The notes: a model not told the origin generated them from the letters alone. Shown: positions 10,166-19,019, numbered from the stretch's first letter. The stretch is 64,000 nt of DNA from Bacteroidota bacterium (GCA_013288905.1 JABDAW010000001.1:7723-71722); one strand, 5' to 3'. Program-made: numbers and translations.

Positions 10166-10396
10166 AACTCTACATATCAAAAGCTGAACTCTACATATTA
10201 AGAGTTCAACTCTATATATGTAGAGTCGAACTCTATAACTGTTTTATTCAACAATATATATGTAGAATCCAATTCTACACCTAAAGAGCTGAACTTTTAA
10301 TATGAAGAGTTCAACTCTACAGTTGTAGAATTCGACTTTACATATATAGAGTTCAACTTTACAGTTGTAGAGTTGAACTCTATATATGTAGAATTG
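10166..10396. repeat. Intergenic tandem array, 21-bp period, 11 units. Each unit is internally palindromic (aactcta...tagagtt).
   Basis: The aactc/aattc/aactt anchors fall at 10166, 10187, 10208, 10229, 10250, 10271, 10292, 10313, 10334, 10355 and 10376. Confidence 0.9.
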
Positions 10397-10487
10397 GAGA
10401 AAAAAATGTCCTGATTCAAATAAGTTACTTGTGAGACACAAGAACAAAATTTTTCTTTACTTTGCACGCAATTAAAAATATATCAAT

Positions 10488-11249
10488 ATGAAAAGAAGTT
10501 TTATTATCCCGATAATTGGAGCGATTATCCTGTTTGCCTTTAATGCAAATGCTCAAAAAAAGGGAAAGGAAATGGATCCGGCAGCAGTTAAACCAACATC
10601 CGTGGCTGCACCAAAGCCTTCAAATGAATTGGAGGTAAAGATTTATGAAACCGCCCTGAAATATGGCGACATTGAAGTAGCTCGGAATGCTATTTATGCT
10701 TTGCTGGTCAAGCATCCTGATAGCTTGAGCTATTTAGATACATTGGCAAGATTGTATTTCAGTAATGGAAATTATGTGCAGTGTGCATTGACCTCCAAGG
10801 ATTATCTGACAAGAGATTCAGCCAACTTATTTGTTCGTGAAATGCTTGCTATCTCCTTGAGTTCATTGAATAAAAATAAAGAGTCTTTGGAACAATATGA
10901 GATTCTATATGCCAATACGCATAGCGTTTTCCATGCGTACCAGATTGCCATTTTGCAATATGTTTTGAAACGTTTTGGAGAATGTGAAACTACATGCGCC
11001 ATCATCTTAAGTGATCCAAAAGCTGGCGAACAAAAAGTTTCGATCAGTGCCGATGAAAAGAATAACCAACAAGTGCCCATCAAAGCTGCTGCTTATAACA
11101 TTCGAGGCGTGATGTATAAAGAACTGAACCGCCCTGATGATGCAATAAACAGCTTCAGAGAGGCTGTTAAAATCTTCCCGGACTTTGCTTTGGCGAAGGC
11201 TAATATCGAGGCGATGACCGCTCCTAAAAAGGATGCTCCGAAGAAATAA
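10488..11249 (+). CDS. Secreted TPR-repeat protein.
   Basis: Signal peptide MKRSFIIPIIGAIILFAFNANAQ, followed by TPR-like helical pairs (ALKYGDIEVARNAIYALLVKHPD, AYNIRGVMYKELNRPDDAINSFREAVKIFPDFALA). Confidence 0.65.
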   Translation: MKRSFIIPIIGAIILFAFNANAQKKGKEMDPAAVKPTSVAAPKPSNELEVKIYETALKYGDIEVARNAIYALLVKHPDSLSYLDTLARLYFSNGNYVQCALTSKDYLTRDSANLFVREMLAISLSSLNKNKESLEQYEILYANTHSVFHAYQIAILQYVLKRFGECETTCAIILSDPKAGEQKVSISADEKNNQQVPIKAAAYNIRGVMYKELNRPDDAINSFREAVKIFPDFALAKANIEAMTAPKKDAPKK

Positions 11250-11282
11250 AAATCCTAATTCGTAATTCCTAATTGATTTCTG

Positions 11283-12320
11283 ATGACATTCGATGCTATT
11301 ATAAAAGATTTAAAGAATAAGATTTATCACCCTGTATATTTTCTTCAAGGTGATGAGCCTTATTATATTGATGTTATTTCAGATTATATAGAAAAGAATG
11401 TTTTGGATGATAATGAAAAGGAGTTTAATCAGACCGTTCTTTATGGGAAAGATGTGGATGTGACGACAATAATTTCATATTCAAAACGCTTCCCGATGAT
11501 GTCAAATTACCAAGTGATTATTATTAAGGAGGCGCAGGATATAAGAGGTTTGATTAAGAAGGCTGATAGCTCTGGAAAGGATGTGAAGGATGATTTTTTA
11601 TCCTATATAGAGAATCCTTTGAAGAGCACATTGTTGGTGCTTTGTTACAAATATTCAACTACATTAGACAAACGAACCAAACTTGCCAAAACTCTTGATA
11701 AGTCAGCGGTCTTGTTTGAATCGAAGAAACTTTATGATAATAAAATCCCTGATTGGATTGTTGATTATCTGACTAAACGAAAATATACAATTAGTCCCAA
11801 AGCCTCCCAATTGATGGCAGATTATCTTGGCGTTGATTTAAGTAAGATTGCTAATGAACTGGATAAACTAATGGTAAATATTCCCGCCTCAGAAGCCATT
11901 AATGAAAAGCATATTGAGAAATACATTGGCATCAGCAAGGACTTCAATGTTTTTGAATTAAATGCTGCATTGACGAAGAAGGATGTTCTTAAAGCAAATC
12001 GCATCGTGCGATATTTCGCTGCAAACCCAAAGGCGAGCCCGATGGTGGTTACGATAGGAGTGCTTTATAATCACTTTTCAAAGATTTTAAAATATCAAAC
12101 CTTAACTGATAAATCAAGGAATAATGCAGCAAGCGAAATAGGCGTGAATCCTTTTTTTATGGCAGAATATGAACAAGCGGCAAAGAACTACTCGGTAGCT
12201 AAACTGATGAATATTTTTAATTATCTGAGAGAATATGATATGAAGTCAAAAGGTGTGGATGATACGGGTACAGATGATGGGGAGTTGATGAAGGAACTGG
12301 TTTATAAAATATTGCATTAA
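11283..12320 (+). CDS. holA: DNA polymerase III delta subunit.
   Basis: 345 aa. The N-terminus (IYHPVYFLQGDEPYYIDVISDYIEK...QTVLYGKDVD...PMMSNYQVIIIKEAQ) is the characteristic HolA clamp-loader delta pattern. Confidence 0.8.
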   Translation: MTFDAIIKDLKNKIYHPVYFLQGDEPYYIDVISDYIEKNVLDDNEKEFNQTVLYGKDVDVTTIISYSKRFPMMSNYQVIIIKEAQDIRGLIKKADSSGKDVKDDFLSYIENPLKSTLLVLCYKYSTTLDKRTKLAKTLDKSAVLFESKKLYDNKIPDWIVDYLTKRKYTISPKASQLMADYLGVDLSKIANELDKLMVNIPASEAINEKHIEKYIGISKDFNVFELNAALTKKDVLKANRIVRYFAANPKASPMVVTIGVLYNHFSKILKYQTLTDKSRNNAASEIGVNPFFMAEYEQAAKNYSVAKLMNIFNYLREYDMKSKGVDDTGTDDGELMKELVYKILH

Positions 12321-12338
12321 ACATAATTATCTAAGAAT

Positions 12339-12743
12339 ATGAACTATTGGTTAGTAAAATCGGAGCCTACAACTTATTCCTTTCAGCAGTTGATGAAGGA
12401 CAAAGAAACCTGCTGGGATGGTGTCAGAAATTTTGCTGCTCGCATTCATTTGAGGGCAATGAAGAAGGGCGATTTGGTATTGTTTTATCATAGCAATATT
12501 GATACCGCAGTCATTGGAATTGCGAAGGTCAAAAAGGAAGCATACCCTGATCCGACGGCTAAAGAAGGCGATTGGAGTGCGGTGGATTTGAGTTATTCCA
12601 AAGCATTAAAAAATCCTGTTTCATTAGCACAGATTAAAGCCGAAAAGAAATTACAAAATACAGGATTGGTAAGAATCGGAAGGCTGTCGGTGATGCCATT
12701 AACTACCGAAGAATTCGAACTTATTTGTGAAATGGGGAAATAG
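12339..12743 (+). CDS. EVE (PUA-like) domain protein.
   Basis: MNYWLVKSEPTTYSFQQL...WDGVRNFAARIHLRAMKKGDLVLFYHSN is the canonical EVE-domain opening. Length is 134 aa. Confidence 0.8.
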   Translation: MNYWLVKSEPTTYSFQQLMKDKETCWDGVRNFAARIHLRAMKKGDLVLFYHSNIDTAVIGIAKVKKEAYPDPTAKEGDWSAVDLSYSKALKNPVSLAQIKAEKKLQNTGLVRIGRLSVMPLTTEEFELICEMGK

Positions 12744-12931
12744 ATTTCTTGGGTATCTACCTTTGGATTGAATCATTTTTATTTCATAATTTTAATACTC
12801 CGAAAAAAGGGAATGATAAAAGTGGTGCATGACAAATTGCACCTATTAGAAGATGGAACATTGCTTTTATCATTTAGTCTTCCAATTTCCAATCATTCAT
12901 AGATGGGAATATATATTGTCCATCTAAGCTC

Positions 12932-13175
12932 CTATAATTAGCTCCTGTCCTTCTATAATTAACTTCTGTCCTTCTATAATTAGCTTCTGTCCTTCTATAA
13001 TTAGCTCCTGTCCTTCTATAATTAACTTCTGTCCTTCTATAATTAGCTCCTGTCCTTCTATAATTGGTTTCCGTCCTTCTATAATTAACTTCTGTCCTTC
13101 TATAATTGGTTTCCGTCCTTCTATAATTAACTTCTGTCCTTCTATAATTAGCTTCCGTCCTTCTATAATTGGTAT
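12932..13175. repeat. Intergenic tandem array, 21-bp unit ctataatt(a/g)(g/a)(c/t)t(c/t)c(t/c)gtccttct, 12 copies in four variants.
   Basis: The ctataatt anchor falls at 12932, 12953, 12974, 12995, 13016, 13037, 13058, 13079, 13100, 13121, 13142 and 13163. Confidence 0.95.
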
Positions 13176-13319
13176 TAATAAAAGAAATATTTCTTCAAGC
13201 CTAATTATTTTTACATTATTCCAAAAGAATAAACATGAAATACGCCCTATAAAGGAATGGCAGAATGTTTATAAAGACATACGTTAATTTTTAAAATTCG
13301 AGGCTTTTTCCTGATGGAA

Positions 13320-13775
13320 TCAATTATAAACATGCAGACTCCAGCCGGTCAATGTGGAATTGTATTGCTTCAAAGGTATCGTAGCAGGGCTATGTTGAAC
13401 GGCTCCATTATAAATATTAAAAACCGAGCCGCAAACAGAATCAGTAGCATATACATTGACACCAGTTCCTTTGGTATTCACGGTTACATAACCGGTGGTA
13501 TTGTATGTACAGGTTCTGTCAAGGATAATGAAGGGATTTGGAGAATTGGTATTCGTAGGAGAATTGCAAATGATGACCCCCTTGGTATTGCTGCCCGTGG
13601 AAATATACAACCAGTTTCCTGGTGTTTGAAGCGAACTATATTCAGGCAAAGTAAGGTCTAAAGTAAAGTCCACAGAGTAGTATGGCACCGGGTTAGCAGT
13701 CTTTGAACAGGAATTGACCATGACCATCATCAAAAGCAGGGTAATTTTTGTTAAATCAATGATTCTTTTTTTCAT
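13320..13775 (-). CDS. Lipoprotein of unknown function. The C-terminal half resembles a Rieske-type fold without the His ligands.
   Basis: MKKRIIDLTKITLLLMMVMVNSCSK is a lipobox-like signal (start taken at the second Met). The pattern DRTCTY...ATDSVCGSVFNIYNGAVQHSPATIPLKQY mimics the Rieske CxH...CxxH spacing. The Rieske link is inference only. Confidence 0.5.
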   Translation of the reverse strand: MKKRIIDLTKITLLLMMVMVNSCSKTANPVPYYSVDFTLDLTLPEYSSLQTPGNWLYISTGSNTKGVIICNSPTNTNSPNPFIILDRTCTYNTTGYVTVNTKGTGVNVYATDSVCGSVFNIYNGAVQHSPATIPLKQYNSTLTGWSLHVYN

Positions 13776-13880
13776 CTTAAGATCGTATAAATTCATTCTC
13801 GGTAAACGGAACTTGTTAATTATTCTTGTGCGAAGATAAAAATATTTGCGAATATGTTTTTATATTAAAGATTAATAAAG

Positions 13881-13888
13881 TAGTTTTG
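13881..13888 (+). promoter_or_regulatory. Candidate -7 box TAGTTTTG.
   Basis: Exact TAnnTTTG match, 29 bp upstream of the ATG at 13917. Confidence 0.4.
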
Positions 13889-13916
13889 CGGCTCAAATTA
13901 AATAAATATAGTCAAG

Positions 13917-14522
13917 ATGATTCATCCAAAGACAGAATTAAAATTTATTAGCCCTGAAATCGGCTATGGCGTTATCGCTACAGAGTTTATCCCTAAAGGA
14001 ACAATCACGTGGATTTATGATGATTTCGACAGAACATTTACTCCAAAACAAGTCTCTGAAATGAGACAGATTCATAAAGATATTATCCGGAAATACAGCT
14101 ATCGTGATAACAAAGGATGTTACGTACTTTGCTGGGACCATGCGCGTTTCGTCAATCACAGTTTTAATTCAAACTGCATTTCTACTGCTTATAATTTTGA
14201 ATTGGCAGTGAGAGATATTCATGTGGGTGAAGAACTGACGGATGATTATGGATACCTCAATCCTACCGAACCCTTTGATTGCATTGAGGAAGCGGGTAGT
14301 ACAAGGCGACAAGTTTTGCCGGATGATTTATTAAACTTTCATGGTATATGGGATGAAAAGCTGATAGAAGCTTTTAAATATTTCAATAAAGTGAAGCAAC
14401 CGTTCCTTGACCTTATTCAGCCCGAATTTAAAGATAAAATTATGGCTATTGCTGAAGGAAAAGAAAAAATGGATTCTATTTTGAATTGTTATTGTCCATT
14501 GAAAGATGAGGTTTTGATTTAA
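13917..14522 (+). CDS. SET-domain protein (putative protein-lysine methyltransferase).
   Basis: GYGVIATEFIPKGTI, RFVNHSFNSNC (compare the SET motif RFxNHSCxPN) and GEELTDDYG (compare ELxxDY). Confidence 0.7.
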   Translation: MIHPKTELKFISPEIGYGVIATEFIPKGTITWIYDDFDRTFTPKQVSEMRQIHKDIIRKYSYRDNKGCYVLCWDHARFVNHSFNSNCISTAYNFELAVRDIHVGEELTDDYGYLNPTEPFDCIEEAGSTRRQVLPDDLLNFHGIWDEKLIEAFKYFNKVKQPFLDLIQPEFKDKIMAIAEGKEKMDSILNCYCPLKDEVLI

Positions 14523-14531
14523 GAAGACACG

Positions 14532-15314
14532 ATGGAAACAGAATTTATCAAATTTGAAATCGAAAATAGTGTTGGGAAGATTACTCTTAATCGTCCTGAA
14601 GTTTTGAATAGTTTTAATAAAGGGATGGCTATGGAAGTACAGTATGCTTTAGATATTTGCATGAATGATTCAAAAGTTCGTGCTGTGTATTTAACCGGCG
14701 AAGGTCGTGGTTTTTGTGCAGGTCAAGACCTTGCAGAAGCCACTGCTGTAGATGCTCCAAACATAGGTCAGATAGTTGACTTGCATTACAATCCGATCAT
14801 TAAAAAGATAAGAGAAATTGAGAAGCCTGTTATCTGTGCAGTCAATGGAGTTGCTGCCGGTGCCGGAGCTAATGTTGCTTATTCTTGTGATATTATTTAT
14901 GCTGGAAAGTCAGCTACATTTATTCAATCATTTGCTAAGATAGGATTGATTCCTGATAGTGGCGGAACGTTCTTTCTTCCACGTCTGGCAGGCTTTCAAC
15001 GTGCTACTGCTATGATGATGCTTGCTGATAAAATATCTGCCGAACAAGCATTAAACTTTGGAATGGTTTATAAAGTTTGTGAGGATGATAAATTGCAGGA
15101 AGAGGCTTACTCAATAGCTTCATATCTTGCAACACAACCTACAAAGGGCTTGGGTTTGACGAAACGTTTGCTGAATCTTTCTTTGTTTAATTCTTTAGAA
15201 GATCAGTTGGAATTAGAAAGAGATATGCAGGCAGAAGCATTCGATACAGATGATAACAAAGAAGGTATTGCAGCCTTCTTCGAGAAGAGGAAACCTATCT
15301 TCAAGGGACAATAG
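14532..15314 (+). CDS. paaG: Enoyl-CoA hydratase/isomerase family protein, PaaG-like.
   Basis: LNRPEVLNSFN...LTGEGRGFCAGQDL...AVNGVAAGAGANVA closely follows the crotonase fold and the E. coli PaaG N-terminal pattern. Confidence 0.6.
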   Translation: METEFIKFEIENSVGKITLNRPEVLNSFNKGMAMEVQYALDICMNDSKVRAVYLTGEGRGFCAGQDLAEATAVDAPNIGQIVDLHYNPIIKKIREIEKPVICAVNGVAAGAGANVAYSCDIIYAGKSATFIQSFAKIGLIPDSGGTFFLPRLAGFQRATAMMMLADKISAEQALNFGMVYKVCEDDKLQEEAYSIASYLATQPTKGLGLTKRLLNLSLFNSLEDQLELERDMQAEAFDTDDNKEGIAAFFEKRKPIFKGQ

Positions 15315-15323
15315 TTTTATTCC

Positions 15324-16487
15324 ATGTCTTTAATCAAAATTGGAGTTGTTGGTGCCGGAACAATGGGTTCGGGTATTGCGCAGGTTGCCGCTACTGCCGG
15401 ACATTCTGTGGTATTGGTGGATTCATTTCCTAATGCTTTGATAAAGGGGAAAGACAGTATTGTGAAATCTTTAAACAAGCAAGTTGAGAAAGGGATTATT
15501 AGCAAGGAAACTTATGATGCTATACTTTCAAGAATTGAATTTAGTGAAGATACAAATTCTCTTCAAGGTTGTGGATTAATCATTGAAGCTATCATTGAAG
15601 CTTTATCTGTGAAACAAAATTTGTTTTCTCAAGTAGAGAAGCTTGTTTCTGATGATTGTATTCTTGCTACTAATACTTCTTCCTTGTCTGTTGTTTCGAT
15701 TGCTTCGGCATGTGTGAAGCCTGAAAGAGTCATCGGTATTCACTTCTTCAACCCTGCAACTTTGATGCCTTTGGTGGAGTTGATTCCTGCTTTGACTACT
15801 GATGAAAATATTCTCATTCAAACAAAAAATATCATTGATTCCTGGGGAAAGAAAACCGTTATTGCGAAGGATACTCCTGGCTTTATCGTGAATAGAATTG
15901 CTCGTCCTTATTATGGTGAAGCTATCAGGATTTATGAAGAAGGAGTTGCTGATATTGCCACCATTGATTGGGCAATGAAAGAGATTGGAAAGTTCAAGAT
16001 GGGTCCCTTCGAACTGATGGATTTTATTGGCAATGACATCAACTTCAAGGTGACAGAAACCGTGTTCGAACAATTCTTTTATGACCCTCGCTATAAACCT
16101 TCCTTCACTCAAAAAAGATTGTATGAAGCCAAGCGTTATGGAAGGAAATCCGGTCGTGGATATTATGATTATTCTCCTGATGCAATTCCTTCTATGCCAA
16201 CAAAAGATATTATTCTTGGTGAACAAATCTTTCAACGTATCATAGCCATGCTTATCAACGAAGCCATTGATGCATTGTTCCTTAAGATTGCTACAAGAGA
16301 TGATATTGATCTTGCCATGACGAAGGGAGTTAATTATTCAAAGGGTCTCTTGAAGTGGGCGGATGACTTGGGTTTGCAGCAGGTCTTGAATACTTTAGAA
16401 AACCTTCAATCAGAATACGGCGAAGACCGTTATCGTCCGAGTCCTTTGCTGAAACGAATGGTTCGGGAGGGTAAAACTTTTTATTAG
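15324..16487 (+). CDS. 3-hydroxyacyl-CoA dehydrogenase (PaaH/Hbd-like) with an extra C-terminal dimerisation repeat.
   Basis: Rossmann motif IGVVGAGTMGSGIAQVAATAGHSVVLVD, then NTSSLS, HFFNP and GFIVNR motifs of the 3HCDH family. Confidence 0.8.
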   Translation: MSLIKIGVVGAGTMGSGIAQVAATAGHSVVLVDSFPNALIKGKDSIVKSLNKQVEKGIISKETYDAILSRIEFSEDTNSLQGCGLIIEAIIEALSVKQNLFSQVEKLVSDDCILATNTSSLSVVSIASACVKPERVIGIHFFNPATLMPLVELIPALTTDENILIQTKNIIDSWGKKTVIAKDTPGFIVNRIARPYYGEAIRIYEEGVADIATIDWAMKEIGKFKMGPFELMDFIGNDINFKVTETVFEQFFYDPRYKPSFTQKRLYEAKRYGRKSGRGYYDYSPDAIPSMPTKDIILGEQIFQRIIAMLINEAIDALFLKIATRDDIDLAMTKGVNYSKGLLKWADDLGLQQVLNTLENLQSEYGEDRYRPSPLLKRMVREGKTFY

Positions 16488-16541
16488 GAAGGTAATAGGA
16501 ACGCTGATAAAGCTGATAGTTATGATTAAATAAGATTTTTT

Positions 16542-16982
16542 ATGGAGCCTGATGAATTAGCCAAAGCAGTCGTTGATAAGATGTTCACCTATGATCTATT
16601 CAGCCAGTGGCTTGGCATTGAGGTCATCGAAGTGAAGCCTGGCTATTGCCTTTTGAAGATGGAAGTGCGTGATGAGATGCTCAATGGATTCAAGATTCTT
16701 CATGGCGGCGTTACCTTCTCTTTGGCGGATAGCGCGCTTGCTTTTGCCTCCAATTCTTATGGCAGAAAAAGTGTTTCTATTGAAGCTAATATGTCTTATA
16801 CCGGGCAGGTAGAGGAGGGCGACATCCTCATTGCCACGGCAGAAGTAGCGAGTATGTCTAACAAGATCGCTGTCTTTAATGTTACTGTCAAGAACCTTGA
16901 AGATGCCACGATTGCGCTATTCAAAGGCACTGTCTATCGGACTGAAAGGGAATGGTTTGATGAGAAAGAAGAGGAGGAGTAA
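16542..16982 (+). CDS. paaI: Hotdog-fold thioesterase, PaaI-like.
   Basis: MLNGFKILHGGVTFSLADSALAFASNS matches the PaaI/4HBT-II catalytic region. It lies downstream of the PaaG-like and dehydrogenase genes. Confidence 0.65.
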   Translation: MEPDELAKAVVDKMFTYDLFSQWLGIEVIEVKPGYCLLKMEVRDEMLNGFKILHGGVTFSLADSALAFASNSYGRKSVSIEANMSYTGQVEEGDILIATAEVASMSNKIAVFNVTVKNLEDATIALFKGTVYRTEREWFDEKEEEE

Positions 16983-16992
16983 TTGATCAATT

Positions 16993-17262
16993 CAGTGAAT
17001 AGTGAATAGTGAATAGTGAACAGTGAACAGTGAACAGTGAACAGTGAACAGTGAACAGTGAATAGTGAATAGTGAATAGTGAATAGTGAATAGTGAATAG
17101 TGAATAGTGAATAGTGAATAGTGAATAGTGAATAGTGAATAGTGAATAGTGAACAGTGAACAGTGAATAGTGAACAGTGAACAGTGAATAGTGAACAGTG
17201 AATAGTGAACAGTGAACAGTGAATAGTGAATAGTGAATAGTGAATAGTGAACAGGCTACTAT
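16993..17262. repeat. Heptanucleotide microsatellite AGTGAA(T/C), about 38 copies.
   Basis: Directly visible. The T and C variants occur in blocks. It produces the artefactual SLFT(I/V)HY ORF 16987..17274. Confidence 0.95.
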
Positions 17263-17288
17263 TCTAATATTCAAATTCCATTAAAAAA

Positions 17289-17321
17289 GAACGCCCTTCG
17301 ATAAATCATCGAAGGGCGTTC
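17289..17321. terminator. Bidirectional rho-independent terminator hairpin.
   Basis: Perfect 14-bp stem gaacgcccttcgat / atcgaagggcgttc with a 5-nt loop. An A6 run lies on one side and a T-rich run on the other. It sits between convergent genes ending at 16982 (+) and 17358 (-). Confidence 0.8.
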
Positions 17322-17357
17322 CAATTTATAATTTATAATTTTTAATTCCTAATTTCC

Positions 17358-18320
17358 CTACGCATGCACCACTCTCCAAACCTTCATCAAGCCCTTGCTT
17401 ACCAGGGAAGGATGCACAAATCGCAAGTTCACGCTATAAGTATTTTGCTTCACATCACCAGGATTAAAAGTGATTTTATTAGCATCATTAATCGGCTTAT
17501 CCAGATCATACATATAAACAATGTCCGTCCCCGCATTCGTAATATTCTTCAATAGCACAGCATTGTGAATATCCTTGGTAACACCCTCCTTCAAAGTAAT
17601 TGGCTGCTCCACCTGATGCGGAGGATGAATGATTTCAAATTGAGTGCTGTAAGTAAATAAATCAAGAATAGCTTTTGAGGCAGGAAAGGCAAGTTCGGCA
17701 ACGGTATGAACCACTTGATAGCTGGTATAAAGTTCATTTCCTACTTTGTTTTTATCAATCGTCGCTGCATTTGTGATTGCTACCTGACCTGTATAATCTG
17801 TTTCACTTTGTTGCAGGTCAGTTTTTGCAGTGTCGCAAGTGGTGGCAAAATCATCCGTCATGCCGCCAATAACCATGTCAGCAGTGTTGTTTGCCACGAA
17901 AGTTATGAGGGCATTGATTAATTCCAAAGCATCGCCATAATGCCTGACCGAAGAATCAAAATAGGCATAACCAGCTTGATTTTTTTTAGTTGCCCACATT
18001 TCAGGATCGCTTTCCCATCTGGTTTTTATATAGCTCAAAGCTGTCTTGAAAACGCCATGAACATTCGACATTTCGATGGCACGTGCATGATGGAATTCCC
18101 TGTCATTGGACTCGCGGGTATGCACATCGGGCATTAATAACCAAGCTGCTTTTTTGGTCCTTTGCAAGCCCAGATTTATTTCCGTCATGTTCGTGTTTTT
18201 CGCAAATAATGCAGCCATATTATTATGCTCTGCATCAAAGCCGATTCCGAGGATTTGATTCAAATCGCCGTCTGAACCTTTCCATTTTCTTACTAAACCA
18301 TCTTCAATTTCTACTGTCAT
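17358..18320 (-). CDS. Hypothetical protein (320 aa), no family recognised.
   Basis: Long ORF with a -7 box 30 bp upstream and a strong terminator downstream. No signal peptide. Confidence 0.55.
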   Translation of the reverse strand: MTVEIEDGLVRKWKGSDGDLNQILGIGFDAEHNNMAALFAKNTNMTEINLGLQRTKKAAWLLMPDVHTRESNDREFHHARAIEMSNVHGVFKTALSYIKTRWESDPEMWATKKNQAGYAYFDSSVRHYGDALELINALITFVANNTADMVIGGMTDDFATTCDTAKTDLQQSETDYTGQVAITNAATIDKNKVGNELYTSYQVVHTVAELAFPASKAILDLFTYSTQFEIIHPPHQVEQPITLKEGVTKDIHNAVLLKNITNAGTDIVYMYDLDKPINDANKITFNPGDVKQNTYSVNLRFVHPSLVSKGLMKVWRVVHA

Positions 18321-18349
18321 TTTAATCTATTTTTATTTGTTTAACGGTT

Positions 18350-18357
18350 CAAAATTA
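18350..18357 (-). promoter_or_regulatory. Candidate -7 box TAATTTTG.
   Basis: Exact TAnnTTTG on the minus strand, 30 bp upstream of the ATG at 18320. Confidence 0.4.
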
Positions 18358-18400
18358 CATTTAATAAAGTTCTTATACTAATTATTACAAAAATATATTT

Positions 18401-18443
18401 CCATTTTCCAATTTCAATTGTCAATTATCAATTGTCAATTCAT
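18401..18443. repeat. Heptamer micro-array (ccatttt ccaattt caattgt caattat caattgt caattca).
   Basis: Six consecutive 7-bp units. The same CAATTGT family recurs at 21954-21995. Confidence 0.85.
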
Positions 18444-18579
18444 TCCCTAATGTCCCTGCCCAATGGATTAACAGCCGTTTTGAATTTTACAATTCCAGTT
18501 AGAAATTTATTTTAATATTTTTTTCTGATGTCTCCCAAATTTTTGGAAAAAGGTCGAAAACCGGAGAATCAAGTCTAAA

Positions 18580-18890
18580 AACTTTTTGAAATGCAAGAGC
18601 AACTTTTGAAATTGCAGGAGCAACTTTTGAAATTGCAGGAGAAACTTTACGACCTGCAAGAGCTACTTTTGAAAATGAGGAGGCATTTTGGGCGAAAAAC
18701 TGAGAAATTTGGGATATTACATGAAAAACTTCAAAACAGGAGGGAACTTCCATGATTTCAAAATGCACTCATTTACAGCGCATCCCAAAAACTTTTGAAA
18801 ATGCAGGAGCTACTTTTGAAATTGCGAGAGCTACTTTTGAAAATGCAGGAGCTACTTTTGAAAATGCAGGAGCTACTTTGAAGGACGAAT
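18580..18890. repeat. Intergenic 21-bp array, ~15 units (aacttttgaaaatgcaggagc), with well-kept ends and a degenerate centre that stays in phase.
   Basis: Unit starts at 18601, 18622, 18643, 18664 ... 18790, 18811, 18832 and 18853. 18790 - 18601 = 189 = 9 x 21. Confidence 0.9.
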
Positions 18891-19011
18891 AAGGGCTTTT
18901 AGACCTGTGGACGCTTATTTTAGGCGGTAAACCGCGAACTTTACCATTAAAATCTTATACCCTATTGCTAATATCAAAATTACCTTGATTCGTATTACCA
19001 GAAGAATTATC

Positions 19012-19019
19012 TAACTTTG
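19012..19019 (+). promoter_or_regulatory. Candidate -7 box TAACTTTG.
   Basis: Exact TAnnTTTG, 27 bp upstream of the ATG at 19046. Confidence 0.35.

Noticed and set aside
10244-10447. 67-aa ORF inside the 10.2-10.4 kb array.
   Set aside because: It lies wholly within the palindromic 21-bp array of a divergent promoter region, and its low-complexity sequence mirrors the repeat.
14532-16982. Complete phenylacetate (paa) catabolic cluster.
   Set aside because: Only the PaaG-like, dehydrogenase and PaaI-like genes are present. There is no PaaABCDE oxygenase, PaaK ligase, PaaZ or PaaJ in the window, so only a three-gene beta-oxidation-type module can be claimed.
16987-17274. 95-aa ORF made of SLFT(I/V)HY repeats.
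   Set aside because: It is the translation of the AGTGAA(T/C) heptamer microsatellite. It has no start context and sits between two convergent gene ends. It is a repeat artefact.
18499-18768. 89-aa ORF (..ISKVAPAISKVALA..).
   Set aside because: Its periodic 7-aa pattern is simply the 21-bp array read in one frame. There is no promoter or partner evidence.
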